Positions 39,769 to 52,181 of a DNA stretch of 64,000 nt are shown here, piece by piece. This DNA is from Saccostrea echinata (taxonomy: Eukaryota): assembly GCF_033153115.1 (NCBI RefSeq), contig NW_026889761.1, positions 20,212,001 to 20,276,000 of the forward strand. The letters run 5' to 3'. Position 1 is the stretch's first letter. Each line of letters starts with the position of its first letter. Position numbers and translations under genes: made by a program. The notes under the pieces are model-generated. The model searched no databases. It was not told the origin of the DNA and saw only the letters and a program-made list of their open reading frames with translations.

Positions 39769-42003
39769 ATCCTTTCTTCCAGTGTGTGGATGATGACGCT
39801 CCAATAAATCCAATGAACAACAGAGATTTAAGAAACGTGATAAAGAAAACATACTTTGACAGGCATACCTGAATTGTTTTGCAACTAAAGAGGTCTAAAT
39901 TTAAAATGATATGGCCACTATCTTAATTTTTTTCAAACATTCCCATAACATTTAAGTTGATAAGTTCCTATTCAGTCTAGCTGTATTTCTAAGGATGACA
40001 AGATGTTCACTTACTGTTCTGCATTCCTTCTAAATTCTGAATCAATTTTAATCCATGAGTCGATATCTTTTGCTTGAAATGTATTTCACTATCTTCAATG
40101 CCAAATGATATTGACTATGAAATATGTCATTTAGTCAAATTCATTATATACCTTTAGGTCTTCTTTGAGGTTTTGACTTCGCTTTAAGACAAATGCGCAA
40201 CTTCATGTCATTGACAATTCAACATCAAAATCTGATTAATAAGTGTCGATGGAATTTGAGACCTACTTGAGGTGAGACCATGACACAAATGTACAGCTCA
40301 TGAATCTTTTAAACTTAACATGATTTTGTGAACTAATTTATAATTAACTGCACATTTTGGAAATAAATATATGGCTACTAAGCGAATCCGTAAAGAAAAT
40401 AAAAAAAATGAATTTGGCAATTTTCGTAAAGTTTCTTCTATCTTCGTGATTGATAATATGCATTGTAGTCTTAAATTTGTATATGCCCCCACCCCTTCGT
40501 CCTTTTTTGGTATGAATAACAACCTTGGTGCAATTAGGCACGTTATGAACTAAGTTTTCACAAAACGTCTTTTAATTGAATACCATTCTGCAGAAATATC
40601 TTAATTATGTCATTTTAGCCGTTTTTACCAAATTCCTCATATTTCACACCAAAATTCCAATGAATTTCACCAGACTGATTATCATTTAGCATTGTTACCC
40701 GGCCGTGTTAATGTAGAAAATACACTGCGTTTGAGAAACTCTTTTGTGTTCATTAGAAGAAACTGAAGGATGCTAGTACCATGTGTGTTTGTTTAGGATT
40801 CTCCACAAAAGTATTGTGAAATATAATACTGTATTATATAGTAGCAGGTCATAATTAAAAAAGAACAAGAGAGTTTCTGAAATAGAATCTAGTTTCTACA
40901 CTTTTGTCCTCGAAAGTGCTGATTCAAACCCAAATAAATCAAACAAAGGAGACCAGACCTTACTCAAACCATTCAAGAACAGTGCTCAATTCCAAAGAGA
41001 AATTCTTTGAAAACTTAGTTCATAACATTCTGAATTGCATTAAGATGGTTATTCGTGCCAAATGGGGAGCAAGTACTTCAAAGCAGATTACCAATCATGA
41101 ATATAAAAACTATCATAATTACGTAAAATTGATATCTTTTTTCATCGTTGTATAGAAACATTTCAGTTCTTTAAAAAAATAGTTTATAAAAGAATGTTAG
41201 ATTAAAAGGATTCTGCTGAGTTGTAGCTGTAGATAATCAGAATATGAAACAGCATAATGAAGTTTCAAGATATTCCAAACAACAGTTCTTGAGCCTTCGC
41301 CAGGACATGATTCCACCATCTCTTTCTGCAGTGTCCCTGTCATTGTAAATGTGATTCTGAGTCGAGTTCAAGAAATATCTTTTGGTCATCACAAAAATAT
41401 ACCTAATACTATAATAATAAAGATTCGAGATGCATGGCCCAGCTACAGAAATCACAAATGTAGTAAAATGCTATATTAATGGAAGCATTTCAACATGTTA
41501 AAATTTTATTCTTACATCTTTGTATTATAAATGATAACATAAATAATTTTTCATGATAATCCTGAAATGCCTCTGAAGAGCAGCAGTGCATAATTAAGAT
41601 AAAAACGCATCTCCATCTTGTGTAGAATGGAGCCAAAAACAATTGAAATTTGAAGTATAACATAAAAATATTTAAAGATAAAACTTAAATATTTTTTCAT
41701 CAAAGCAAACAGGGCTAAATAGTCAAATATATAATATTATCTAAAAGTATCGTAGATTAAAGAATATGGAAATCATGAACCCGGACTACAGTGAAGGAAT
41801 CAACTTTTTACAAAGGAATATATTTATAGTTTATCGATATTTTCCTTTACATCTGCAATGAAACTTACAACACAATTGATTAAAGCAGACATATTTATAA
41901 CAAAGAGTACAATTCACAATATAATTATTGTTTTATCTTGATAAAAGTTATATAGTTAACAAACTGATACAATTTTGTGTTACAGACCGATAGAAAAAAG
42001 AGT

Positions 42004-43974
42004 TTAATGTCCATTGTACGGTGCAATATGGTGTTCCTCCTTATACTGGGGACACTTGGGAATGTAATTGGTGACATAGTCATTGACCTTGGAATCAATC
42101 GTGTCACACTCTCCAGTAATTGTCATGGGCGATCCATTTATCCTACATTCATCTGTTTTATTGGCCAACCACACAAGGGTTTCACACATGCAGTCGATCT
42201 TATTACCATCCAGATGAAGTTGTGCAATACACGGATATAGCATATTAACTGCTTGTGGAACCTGGGTTAGTTTCGTATTTTCAAAATTCAAACTCACCAA
42301 GTTATGCAAATTCTCAAGAGCAGTGTTCGATATGTATTCCAACGACGCGTTTTGAATTTTCAAATGTTGAAGGTTTGGAAGATTTCGTAGATCATTTTGT
42401 TCAATAGTCCTAATGGCGTTTTTTGATAGATCAAGCGTTGTTAAGAAGTCTAAGTCTGCCAGAGCTCCAGGGATTCTATCTAAGCCACAGTCGATCAGAG
42501 TAAGGTTAACCACGGTTACATTTCCACTGATGGAGGCATCGCTGAGAAAATCAAGAACATTTCTATCCAAACTCAGACTAACCAGTCCTCTCAAATACTT
42601 CAATACAGGAGGAAATTTTGTCAGCCCATCAGCATTCAAAGTGACTGTTCTTAATTTATGACTGCTCAAGGGAAAAGACTGTATTAATACACCCCTATCA
42701 GTCACTTGAGGATTGTCATCAAAATGAAGTTCTTCGAGATTCCTTAATTTGCTTATTCCGATGGGTACAGCTACCAAATGCGTATGTTCTATTTTTAGGT
42801 AAAGAAGAGTTGTTTCAAAGCCATGGAAAGCCTCAGGGGGCAAGACTTTCATAAATCTTCCCATTTCATCAACATGCAGGCGTTGGAGTTGAACAAAATG
42901 GTTCAAAGTGCTTGGCCAGCCAAACAACTGATCACTTCCAAAAGTAAAACTAATAATAGTGTCCCCCATTGCCTTCATAACGTCATCTTTAAAGTCACCT
43001 GACGATCGCATAGGATTATGGGATACATCCAAGTCTTCAATTTTGTTTAACTGTTTCAAAGCCGTGGGAAGATGGCGAAGACTGTTATGGCTCAGATCAA
43101 GATACGTAACAGAATCTTTTAATCCTTGGAAAGCTCCAGTGGAAATGTGACTATCATTAAGCGCGTTATTTGAAAGATAAACAATCTTAAATGGCGCATT
43201 AGTAAAGCTTCCATTATTCAAACTCATTATGCTGTTTCGTCTCAGATCTAACACATCATATTCAGCAGCGACGTTGGAGGCGGAGAAAGACGGAATGTGG
43301 GTATGTCCTCTGGCAACACAGTCGACATAACGAACACGACAAGAACAACCGGAGGGACAAACGGCGTTAGTGAAGCAGAGGCAGATACTGAACACAACGA
43401 ACCAAATCTAGAAATATAGAATCGAATTATTTATAATCTATACATCACATTTAGATAAAAACAAAAAAGAGAAGACTGGGTAAATACCCACATTGTCTCC
43501 CCTTTTCAGGTTGAAAAGGGGGGGGGGGGGGTTAGAAAACATAATATTGCTAATTTTTAATATTACCGTTTTTGTTATGTAAGTTATAAATTTCAGATTA
43601 ACAAGCTATTAGAAATATATTCAAAAAGGAATATTGTATAAATTATTTCCTTCCTTTGATCTTTGTCTTATCAGTTGTGTAAGGTTAAAGTTTAGAATTC
43701 ACTTTAGTTTTTTTTTTTTTAAAATTGTTTTTAATCTCTTCGTGTCAGATTCTATACTTTTTGTCCTTGTATTCTAATAAAATTGTACAGAATGGCAAGA
43801 ACGTATAAAAAGACGATAAAAAATTTCAAATTATAAAAAAAATGAATTCCACATATATCTATTAAACTTATTATTGACTCTTTCATTGACTCGATCTAAT
43901 GAATTTGGCTTTAAAAATCAAACCGAGTACTTGTTTAACTGTGAACATTTTCTACAAGGAGAAAAACTTACCAT
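42004..43974 (-). CDS. Secreted LRR-only protein 2
   Basis: ATG|gtaag at 43974-43972 spliced to 43407-42004 (IWFVVFSICLCFTNA signal); same LRRNT/LRR/LRRCT layout; closest to protein 1. Confidence 0.92.
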
Positions 43975-45024
43975 CTTCAGTTTGGTTGACAAGGTATAAA
44001 AAATGAAACACCTGTCTTTGTTTAGAGGAGCCCTATACCCCGTCCCTGACGACGGTACTATCCTTATCAGACTTGAAGGCACCCGGCATAATTATCTTTA
44101 TACTTCCGTATAGAAAGAGCAGCTGATTTGTTAAAAAAAGGTCTTTACCTTAGAAACACATGCATCTGATGATATTAAACTATACATGTTAACTATAAGT
44201 GTTACTATTACTAGTCAAAGAAAAATATTCAAAAGGCATTAAACAAAATAGCAACATACTTTCTAACGGTTATAACTAATTCATTTTTTTTTAAATTTCA
44301 TTATCAAATGAATTTTTTGTGTCTTATTACTCCTGTGTCTATTTGTGTAAATATTTAACGCTCACTTATCATCACTTGTTAAAAAAGACATTTGACAAAT
44401 TATTCACATTTTTTAGCTCTGACCCAGACCTTAATTAAGTATTGAGTAATACGTATTTTATAGCATTTATTGGCACCGTTTATCGGTTTATTCTGTACAT
44501 TAGAAGACAACTGCACTATATTCCCATAAATAACCTTGTTTCTGTATTCCCCTTATATCGTTATCTTTCAGGTTTCAAATTCCAAATCGAAAGACTGCAA
44601 TTGGTAAACAGTACATTTAGATATGAAAGTAGGTATTTATACCATTTTAAAGCTACAATCTAAATTTAATTATATGGAATGATTTAAATGAATCCATTAG
44701 AAGTTTAAAAATACAGTGATACCTTTTTACATATTGTGCTGTGTACATTTTGTAAAAATAAAATTTTGATGATTAAAGTTAGAAAAAAGACTATTTTGAA
44801 AGTATTTTGCTTTATTTTTGGCGGGACGTTACATTGAAGAAGTTACATATGTTGGGTTTATTCGGGTTATTGCAAACAGTTGACTATTAATTATTGTAAA
44901 AAATCGCATTAATCCCTAAATTGAAAAACACTTATTTTCTATACTGACATTTTAAACTGTAAGAATTATTTCTACCACCAATATTGATAATGACATCATG
45001 CATTAATCGTCTCAGAGATGTTCG

Positions 45025-45036
45025 TGTGACGTCACA
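45025..45036. promoter_or_regulatory. CRE/ATF palindrome TGTGACGTCACA in the divergent promoter region
   Basis: Perfect TGACGTCA core about 165 nt upstream of the LRR3 ATG. Confidence 0.35.
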
Positions 45037-45196
45037 TGACAGGCATCAGCTTATTCACAGTTTCAGGGTTTTTTGTCCTTACATAAGTAAATGTAAATAT
45101 TAAGGTTTTCTCAAGGCAATCTTTATAATCAACATTTAATAACCACATTGTTAGTATTTGCATCCTATTTTAATTACATGTAACTTCAACAAAAGA

Positions 45197-47113
45197 ATGG
45201 TACTTTTCAGTATACACTAGAGAATAAATAGTTACAGTACTTATTCTTTGTTAAAGCAATATGAGCTGCATTTTTGAGAAATTTATTTTGCTGTTAAAAA
45301 TGTGATTTTATGATCAATCTATTATGTAACTTTAATCTTTATGATCAATTAGACTAAAATAAGGTATAAAATTGTTTCAGAAGAAAAAATTTTGTACAGT
45401 GGAATGTATTGCATAAGAAATCAATATTGTACAGGACGACAATAATGTAATAAATTACGGAATATAATGTAATGGTTCAATCAAAGATTAAAATTAGTTC
45501 TTCCATCGCAAATATAAAAAATAAAATTTTCTTAAGCTTCTTTTTTCTGTCATTGAAATAGTTAAATACAATATTGCAACAAAAATTTCCGACAACAGAG
45601 TTGCAGCTCATATTGCTTTAAATAAAGATGTTTTGATAACAAACTTTTTTTTTCAATTAATTGCACTATTATTACTCAGATACATTGTGCGTTTTTCTTT
45701 AAATTCCAGGTGTTACGATGGTTTTTTGTTTGTTGCCTCCACAGTGAGACCTTCGGACAGATCGATTATTCGTCATGTTGTAGTAATTTCCCCGACAGCA
45801 CTCTCTGTGGTTGTGAAAACGAAGTAATTCAATGCCATAACCTCATTTCCACACCAAGCTTGCGACAAGATCGTCGTTGTCGGGTTGTGGATATTAGAGA
45901 AAGTTATCTACCCATTACTCCCTTTGATTTCAACCACATACAAACTGACAGACTAATCCTGAGCAACAACCATCTCAACAACTCAAACATTGACCCCCTC
46001 GCGTTTAACAACTTGAAAGACACGCTGAAAGAACTTGTTTTGTCGAACAATTTGCTGACATCAGTTCCGCAGGCAATAAAGGAATTGAACCACTTGGAAC
46101 TTTTAGATCTATCTGGAAATCCAATATCTGCTAATAGTTTTGATGAAAATGTAATGAGGGGGATAGGCGATACGTTGACAGATTTACGCTTTGGTGGACC
46201 AGAGCTCACGTCCTGGCCATCTACACTTAATCATCTACAGGCGCTGCAGAAGTTGACTGTTACTGAATCAGTCTTTACATTAATGCCATTCGATGCCTTC
46301 CATGGATTCCAAGGAACATTAAAAGAATTAACAATACAACATAGCCAATTGTCATCTATCCCACTGGCTGTTGCAAGTTTGAGGTACTTAGAGGTGCTTC
46401 GTTTTGATGACAACCATAAAGTTGGTAATCAAGGCATGCAAGCTCCAATTGTCTCTGGTTTATTACCATATCTATATAATGTGTCCTTACAAGCGGACAA
46501 CATTACCGAATTTCCTCAAATTTTAGGAGTGTTCGAGAAACTTAAAAATGTTGTTTTAGACAGAAATAATCTGAAGTTTGTGAGTGACGAATCTGCAGCT
46601 TCTGTAAACCAGACGTCGTCTCTGAGCCTGCGTGATTCCGGCTTGACGAGAATTCCTGAAGCTTTCCAACGGATTGCTGCCCTAGAGTCATTAGATCTTT
46701 CCATCAACAATATCCACAGTATAGACACCAAAGACCTGCGTCAACTTGTCCACTTAAAGACACTCCTTTTGAACAGTAACCCCATTTTATACATGTCACC
46801 AAACGCACTTTCCAACAACAGGATGTTAGAAAGAGTAGAATTGAAATCAACAAACCTAACAAAAGTTCCATGTGCAGTAAAAGGGTTGATGCTGGCTCAT
46901 CTCCATGCCGGAAGTAGCCGTAACATTACGGTAGATTTACAGTTCAATCAAATACAGTGTACCTGCGAACTGCAGTGGCTTCATGTAGCCATTACGACCA
47001 TGCCTTCAATATCATTAAAGATCGAGGGACGGTGCGATACGATAGAGAAAGCCATCCAGGAATACATCAATGATGATTTACCCGCATGTCCTGGAGGAGC
47101 TAAGTGTTCTTAA
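45197..47113 (+). CDS. Secreted LRR-only protein 3
   Basis: Probable ATG|gtac at 45197-45199 spliced to 45710-47113 (acceptor ttccag); Cys N-cap, LRRs, IQCTCELQWL..CDTI..CP; no TM. First exon less certain. Confidence 0.9.
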
Positions 47114-47939
47114 ACCACTATTAAAGACTAAAATAAATTCAATGACAAATATTAGTATGAATCTTTCATGAAACGTAATCAGTTTGTAACATGTCCAAAC
47201 TATCTCTCTCTCTTCAAAGTGCATGTACAATGTAGTTCGGTTTATAGAATTTGTTAGTTTATAAAACGGTTTTCTTTCTTTTTTAAATTGTAATGTAGTT
47301 TTGTCTATTTGGGCATTATTCTGTGCATTCTCTTTATCAAACCTAACATTAATTTACAATTTGAAATAAAATAGAACTAATTAAGTTACAAACAAAATAC
47401 TCGCTAGTGACTACAAATATTTTTCTGTCGAAATATTTTCAGAAAAAATAAAACAATGTCATATTTAGCAATGATTTATCTCGAACTCTTTAAAAATACA
47501 AGAGTTTGGTATTTTTAGAATTCAAAAAAAAAAAAAAAAAAAAAAAACAAACAAAAAAAAAAAAAAACAAAAACAAAAACACTTTTTTTTCATAGATGAG
47601 TTAAATGATTCAATTTAAAATAATAAAAATAATTTATTTATAAAATAGGTAATTCTACTATGGATTGAAAGAAATTGCAATGCAGTATTTCGAATTTAAC
47701 AATATTCTAAGTGTAATTCTGTGAGAGCAAAAAAAATGGTAATTCCGTAATATGACAGACAGCACCTAAAGTCCAAGATAAGCCGATGTGTGACGTGTAG
47801 ATCAGATGTTACCTGCTGGGAGTGCAGGCCACTAACCAATATTTCCTGATAGAGGAGGGCTATATTGACCTGCTTTAAAAACTCTTAAATTCAAGCATTT
47901 GACTTTAATTTCTTTTTATGAGTTTTGTATTTTGTTGAG

Positions 47940-50032
47940 ATGCTGACGTCAATATTGGTATGTATATTAATTATTTATTTACTTGTTTAATCAAAATTTT
48001 TATTTAAGCAATTATATTAGTGATTTTAAGAGACAAAGATATCTAGTTTGAGATTTTTATAAAAATAATGCAACAAGACAACACTAAACTAATTATCTTT
48101 TTTTTCACTCTATTCCCTGAAACGGCACAAAGGTTACATACTTAACTCTTGCAGGAAAACTTCCGGTTTTCCTCCAGGTCTTATTCCTTATTTTTTATGA
48201 TGATTTACAAATGATACGGAGATAACAAAACGACATGCACACACACACCCTCTCTCTCACACACACCCCCACACGCAGAATATGAAAAAGAGAGTAAACT
48301 TGTATTGCAAGAAAACACGCTTTTTAAAGTTCGATTCTACACATAACTTTGCACTTCCCTAACAACATATCTACGATTCTTTGCTACATGGAAATTCTAG
48401 AGTGAAGCAGTAAGAACTGATACACAAATAACTGTCACTAAATGTGATATTAAACTATATTGTGGTGTTATTTTGGTTGCAGAGATTCATTCATCCGCAT
48501 GAGATTCTTTTTGTTACATTGTAAGATTTTAAAAGTTTTTAATTTTCAATTCCGCAATATTTCTAACATAATAATAGATGGTGACTATCATTCTCTGTGT
48601 AAGGGTAAATATTCCCATTTTGTAGATCTGCTTTGCTCTGATATGCAGAGCAGTAGAGCCTGGCGTAGTTCCTGGAAGAAGAGCATCGTGTACCCCACCC
48701 ATTTCATATGACGGCACTTGTAGCTGTGAAAATGATGTCGTGACCTGTACAGGACAATCGGCCGTGCCATCCTTCAGCACTATGTATCATTACAAAAAAG
48801 TTTCCATTGTCAACGGTAACTTCAGAAATGCAATCAGGACTGGGAATCCCTTTGCTAACCTGCGTACAGACGAATTGGTTCTACACAACATGACAATTTT
48901 AGCGATTGCTCCTCACGCTTTCCTACCTGTGAAATCTATGCTGAAGAAGTTGGATCTTTCCAACAATTTTCTTACTGTGCTTCCATCTGCTCTTCATGAC
49001 CTTGACGTACTAGAGTCCCTTGATGTTTCTGAGAATTCTATTGGTGATAGAAACTTTACTGAAGAGGTTTTGAGGAAAATTGGAGCAACCCTGAAGTCAT
49101 TCACCTTTGGTAGTTACGACATACAACAATGGCCTGTTACTCTCAAACACCTTCAGATGCTTCAAAATCTTAATGTAACAAAAGCAGCATTCCAGTTTAT
49201 GCCCCAGGATGCTTTTTACGGATTTTCTGGGACTTTGTTAACCTTAAGTCTAGGTACTACTGGTCTCACTTCGGTACCTCTAGCTGTTGCTCAATTGCGA
49301 TATTTGCAGACATTTAATTTCGATCACAATATCAATGTTGGAGATTATGGTATGAATGTTCCATTGATTCGTGGTAGGATGCCATATTTAACAAATATTT
49401 CTCTGCAACAAGACAGCTTAAAAACGTTCCCATCAGCCCTCTCTGCATTTGAAAACTTAAAATCTGTTAGCATGGATCTGAATACTCTGGACTTTGTCAG
49501 TGATCATGCCGCTAATTCTGTCAGACAAATTGAAAACCTGAGTATGCGCAATTCTAACATTTCCCGTATCCCACAGGCCCTGGCGGATATTACATCACTA
49601 AAATCTCTGGACTTATCAGACAACCGTATACATAGCATCGATGTGAAAGATGTCAAAATTTTGCATTCAGTGAAAGAAATCAAACTAAACAATAATCCCA
49701 TCCTCTATATTTCAAATCATGCTTTTGATAGTAATGGAAATTTGGAGCGATTAGAACTGAGGAATACGCATTTGAAGGAGGTACCATGCGCTCTAAAATA
49801 CGCCATTGAAAACTTGACACGCGTGAAACACAACTTTCCTCTCACTGTTGACATTTCTAACAACGCAATCGCGTGTACGTGCGAGTTAAAGTGGCTTGCT
49901 GATACACTCAGTACACATCGGGCCAACATATCATGGAATATAATCGGAAACTGCGAAACTATTGTTATGAGTATCAACGATTACCTGAATTCTGAAAGTC
50001 TCAGGGATTGCCCCACATCAAATATTTGTTAA
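47940..50032 (+). CDS. Secreted LRR-only protein 4
   Basis: Exon 47940-47957 (MLTSIL|gtatg) spliced in phase 0 to 48626-50032 (ICFALIC...CSCENDVVTC); LRRs; IACTCELKWL..CETI..CP; closest to protein 3. Confidence 0.92.
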
Positions 50033-50576
50033 TTAAACATCATTCTTTATTTAATCTCTCTTTCCTCTTGTTTCTTTCTTCTCAGACCCAGTTTCAGATA
50101 AATAAACACTTAAGTCACCGCTTCAGATACATTTTAGCTTTAAGCTTCAATCAAATGCATTTGAGTCAATACTACTCGTTAAAAGTGAACTTAAAAATCT
50201 ACGTTTATTGAAATCTGGTCAGCACTATATTTTAGCAGATATGATTTTATGATGATTAAGAGAAGTAAGAGAAGCAACAAAAATGTCAAAATTCATACCT
50301 TTTTGATGTAGAATTCAGACTCCAGCTTTGACGAATTTCTTTTGAAGTCTTCCATACAAATGGACAATCCAACGGGCAATCTTTAATTGATAGTAAGGTT
50401 GATGAGGTGAAAGCCCTAAACATGAGTCTAAAATTCAGTTCCAGATTAAGTTAATGTACCTTTACCTTATAAAGTTTAAATTCATCTTTTCGTCTATCAT
50501 TTATAGATATCAAGCTATATATATATATAACAATAACGACGTCATAACAACCAAGTTGTATTGTTTTTATAAACTT

Positions 50577-50621
50577 TGTTACACTCTGAAGAGCCTCACG
50601 GCGAAAGCGCTTAGTGTAATA
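50577..50621 (+). ncRNA. Minimal type-I hammerhead ribozyme
   Basis: Stem I UUACACU/AGUGUAA; CUGAAGA box at 50586-50592; stem II GCC-UCAC-GGC; GAAA; very short stem III within the palindrome AAGCGCUU; predicted CUU cleavage triplet ending at 50612. Confidence 0.8.
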
Positions 50622-50662
50622 ATTAAATGTGAACTTGTTTGTTTATCTTGGATTTTATTTTA

Positions 50663-50665
<3 letters not shown>

Positions 50666-50748
<83 letters not shown>
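50666..50748. repeat. (AT)n microsatellite
   Basis: Pure AT run of about 40 units. Confidence 0.95.
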
Positions 50749-50750
<2 letters not shown>

Positions 50751-51589
50751 CCAAAATATCAAAATTGTAAGGAGATAGCTTGTGAAATTGTGTCAAGAAC
50801 GTTGTTGTATGATAATAAGGTGACCGTCAGGGCTCATAAGCCTGAGCCTTGGACTACTTTTTACAAAATATATGTTCGTAAGTTATGTTCTTCATTTTAT
50901 TAGTTCGAAAAAATTAAATAAACATTATAGAAAATATTCTAAGAGAGCTCTTTAAATATCAAAAATGTTAAAAGAGCTAGAATAGTTGGGCTTTTTTAAT
51001 ACAGACCCAGGATCACAACGCAGATTTTGCACGAAATTGACCAATACTGGGGTGGGGGTGGGGGTCGTCCTTGACCACAATCAGAGTAATAGGACGGAAG
51101 CACGAGAAAACACACATTTTCACATCCTTCATTATCAAACTTAGTTAAAGCACACGTGTAATATATGTCCTCTTAATTTTAACATTTTACCATTTTTTCA
51201 AATGTTATTGGACTTATTGTCGGTTTGGCCAGAAGTATTGGAAATGCATTCGAGTCCTGTGCAAGAATTAGAACATCATTATAAAAACAAATGAGGAGTT
51301 TTGTTTTTCTTGTAATCTTTAATAAAAAATGAAAAATCTGTATTTCAATTAATAATCAGAAACACACTGCATTGTTCATTCCGAAAGAGTGATTATAAAG
51401 ACACACCGCATGATCCCACTCACAAATTACATACTGATTGCCATTATCATAAGTTCTAGTTTGCAAAGTATGTTTGGCAGACACGATTTTCATGTGCGTA
51501 CATTTGTCCATCATTAGGGTTTATATTTCACAAAAGAAAATTGACCAATTCAGTCAAAAGCATTGTAACGTTTACCAAGCTCGCATAGA

Positions 51590-52167
51590 ATGAAATATGA
51601 AGATAACGAACATTAGTCCAATAAAACGATACAAATTTGGAGCAGAGAAAACACGGACTTCTAAATTTAGAGGTGGGATCATAGAGGAGTGAGCATCCCC
51701 TGCCGACCGGTCATACCCGCCGTATGCTCCTTGTCATGATCGTGAAAGAAAAAAAAGAGGAAAAATCCGTAAACATTTCAGTGTATAAATAATGGCCTAG
51801 CAATTAATATGAAAAACGTCAGTAAGAGTTTGACTCAGTGATAGGTTGTATGTGCTGACAAGATCATTGTTTCGACCATAATACTTGGGAGATGTTGACT
51901 TCAAACGAGACTGTTGATATCAGTGTTTCATCAACCTGTTTGTCAATAGGTTGCCTCGTTTTAGAAATTGTTTATACGTAGTGCATGCTCTTGCGTATCG
52001 AATCAACTGAGAGACATAAACCCTTATGCAGGTGATAAGGGTATATTGCTACATAAGTAAGGGAAGTTGACGATTGAAAAGTTGAAGTTATCAAGTTTAT
52101 CATAAAGCTTTGTTGTTAAGTTACCATTAAAGTCTTTTTCTAGTAAAATATCTAAATATGAAACAGA
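51590..52167 (-). mobile_element. Penelope-like (Naiad-type) 3' fragment
   Basis: SYLDI, LYDKLDNFNFSIVNFPYLCSNIPLSPA*GVYVSQLIRYARACT plus the 3' motif. Confidence 0.8.
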
Positions 52168-52181
52168 AAACAGTTATATAA

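Noticed and set aside
38164-50032. VLR-like somatic assembly locus
   Set aside because: All four genes are complete ORFs; no incomplete germline gene or flanking partial LRR cassettes were seen.
38070-50211. Short antisense and overlapping ORFs within the LRR genes
   Set aside because: Shadow frames of the real CDSs with no independent motifs.
50398-50430. Second hammerhead (TGATGAG..GAAA..TAAAC..GTC)
   Set aside because: The first core C and the GAAA box are altered and stem I does not pair; at most a decayed relic.
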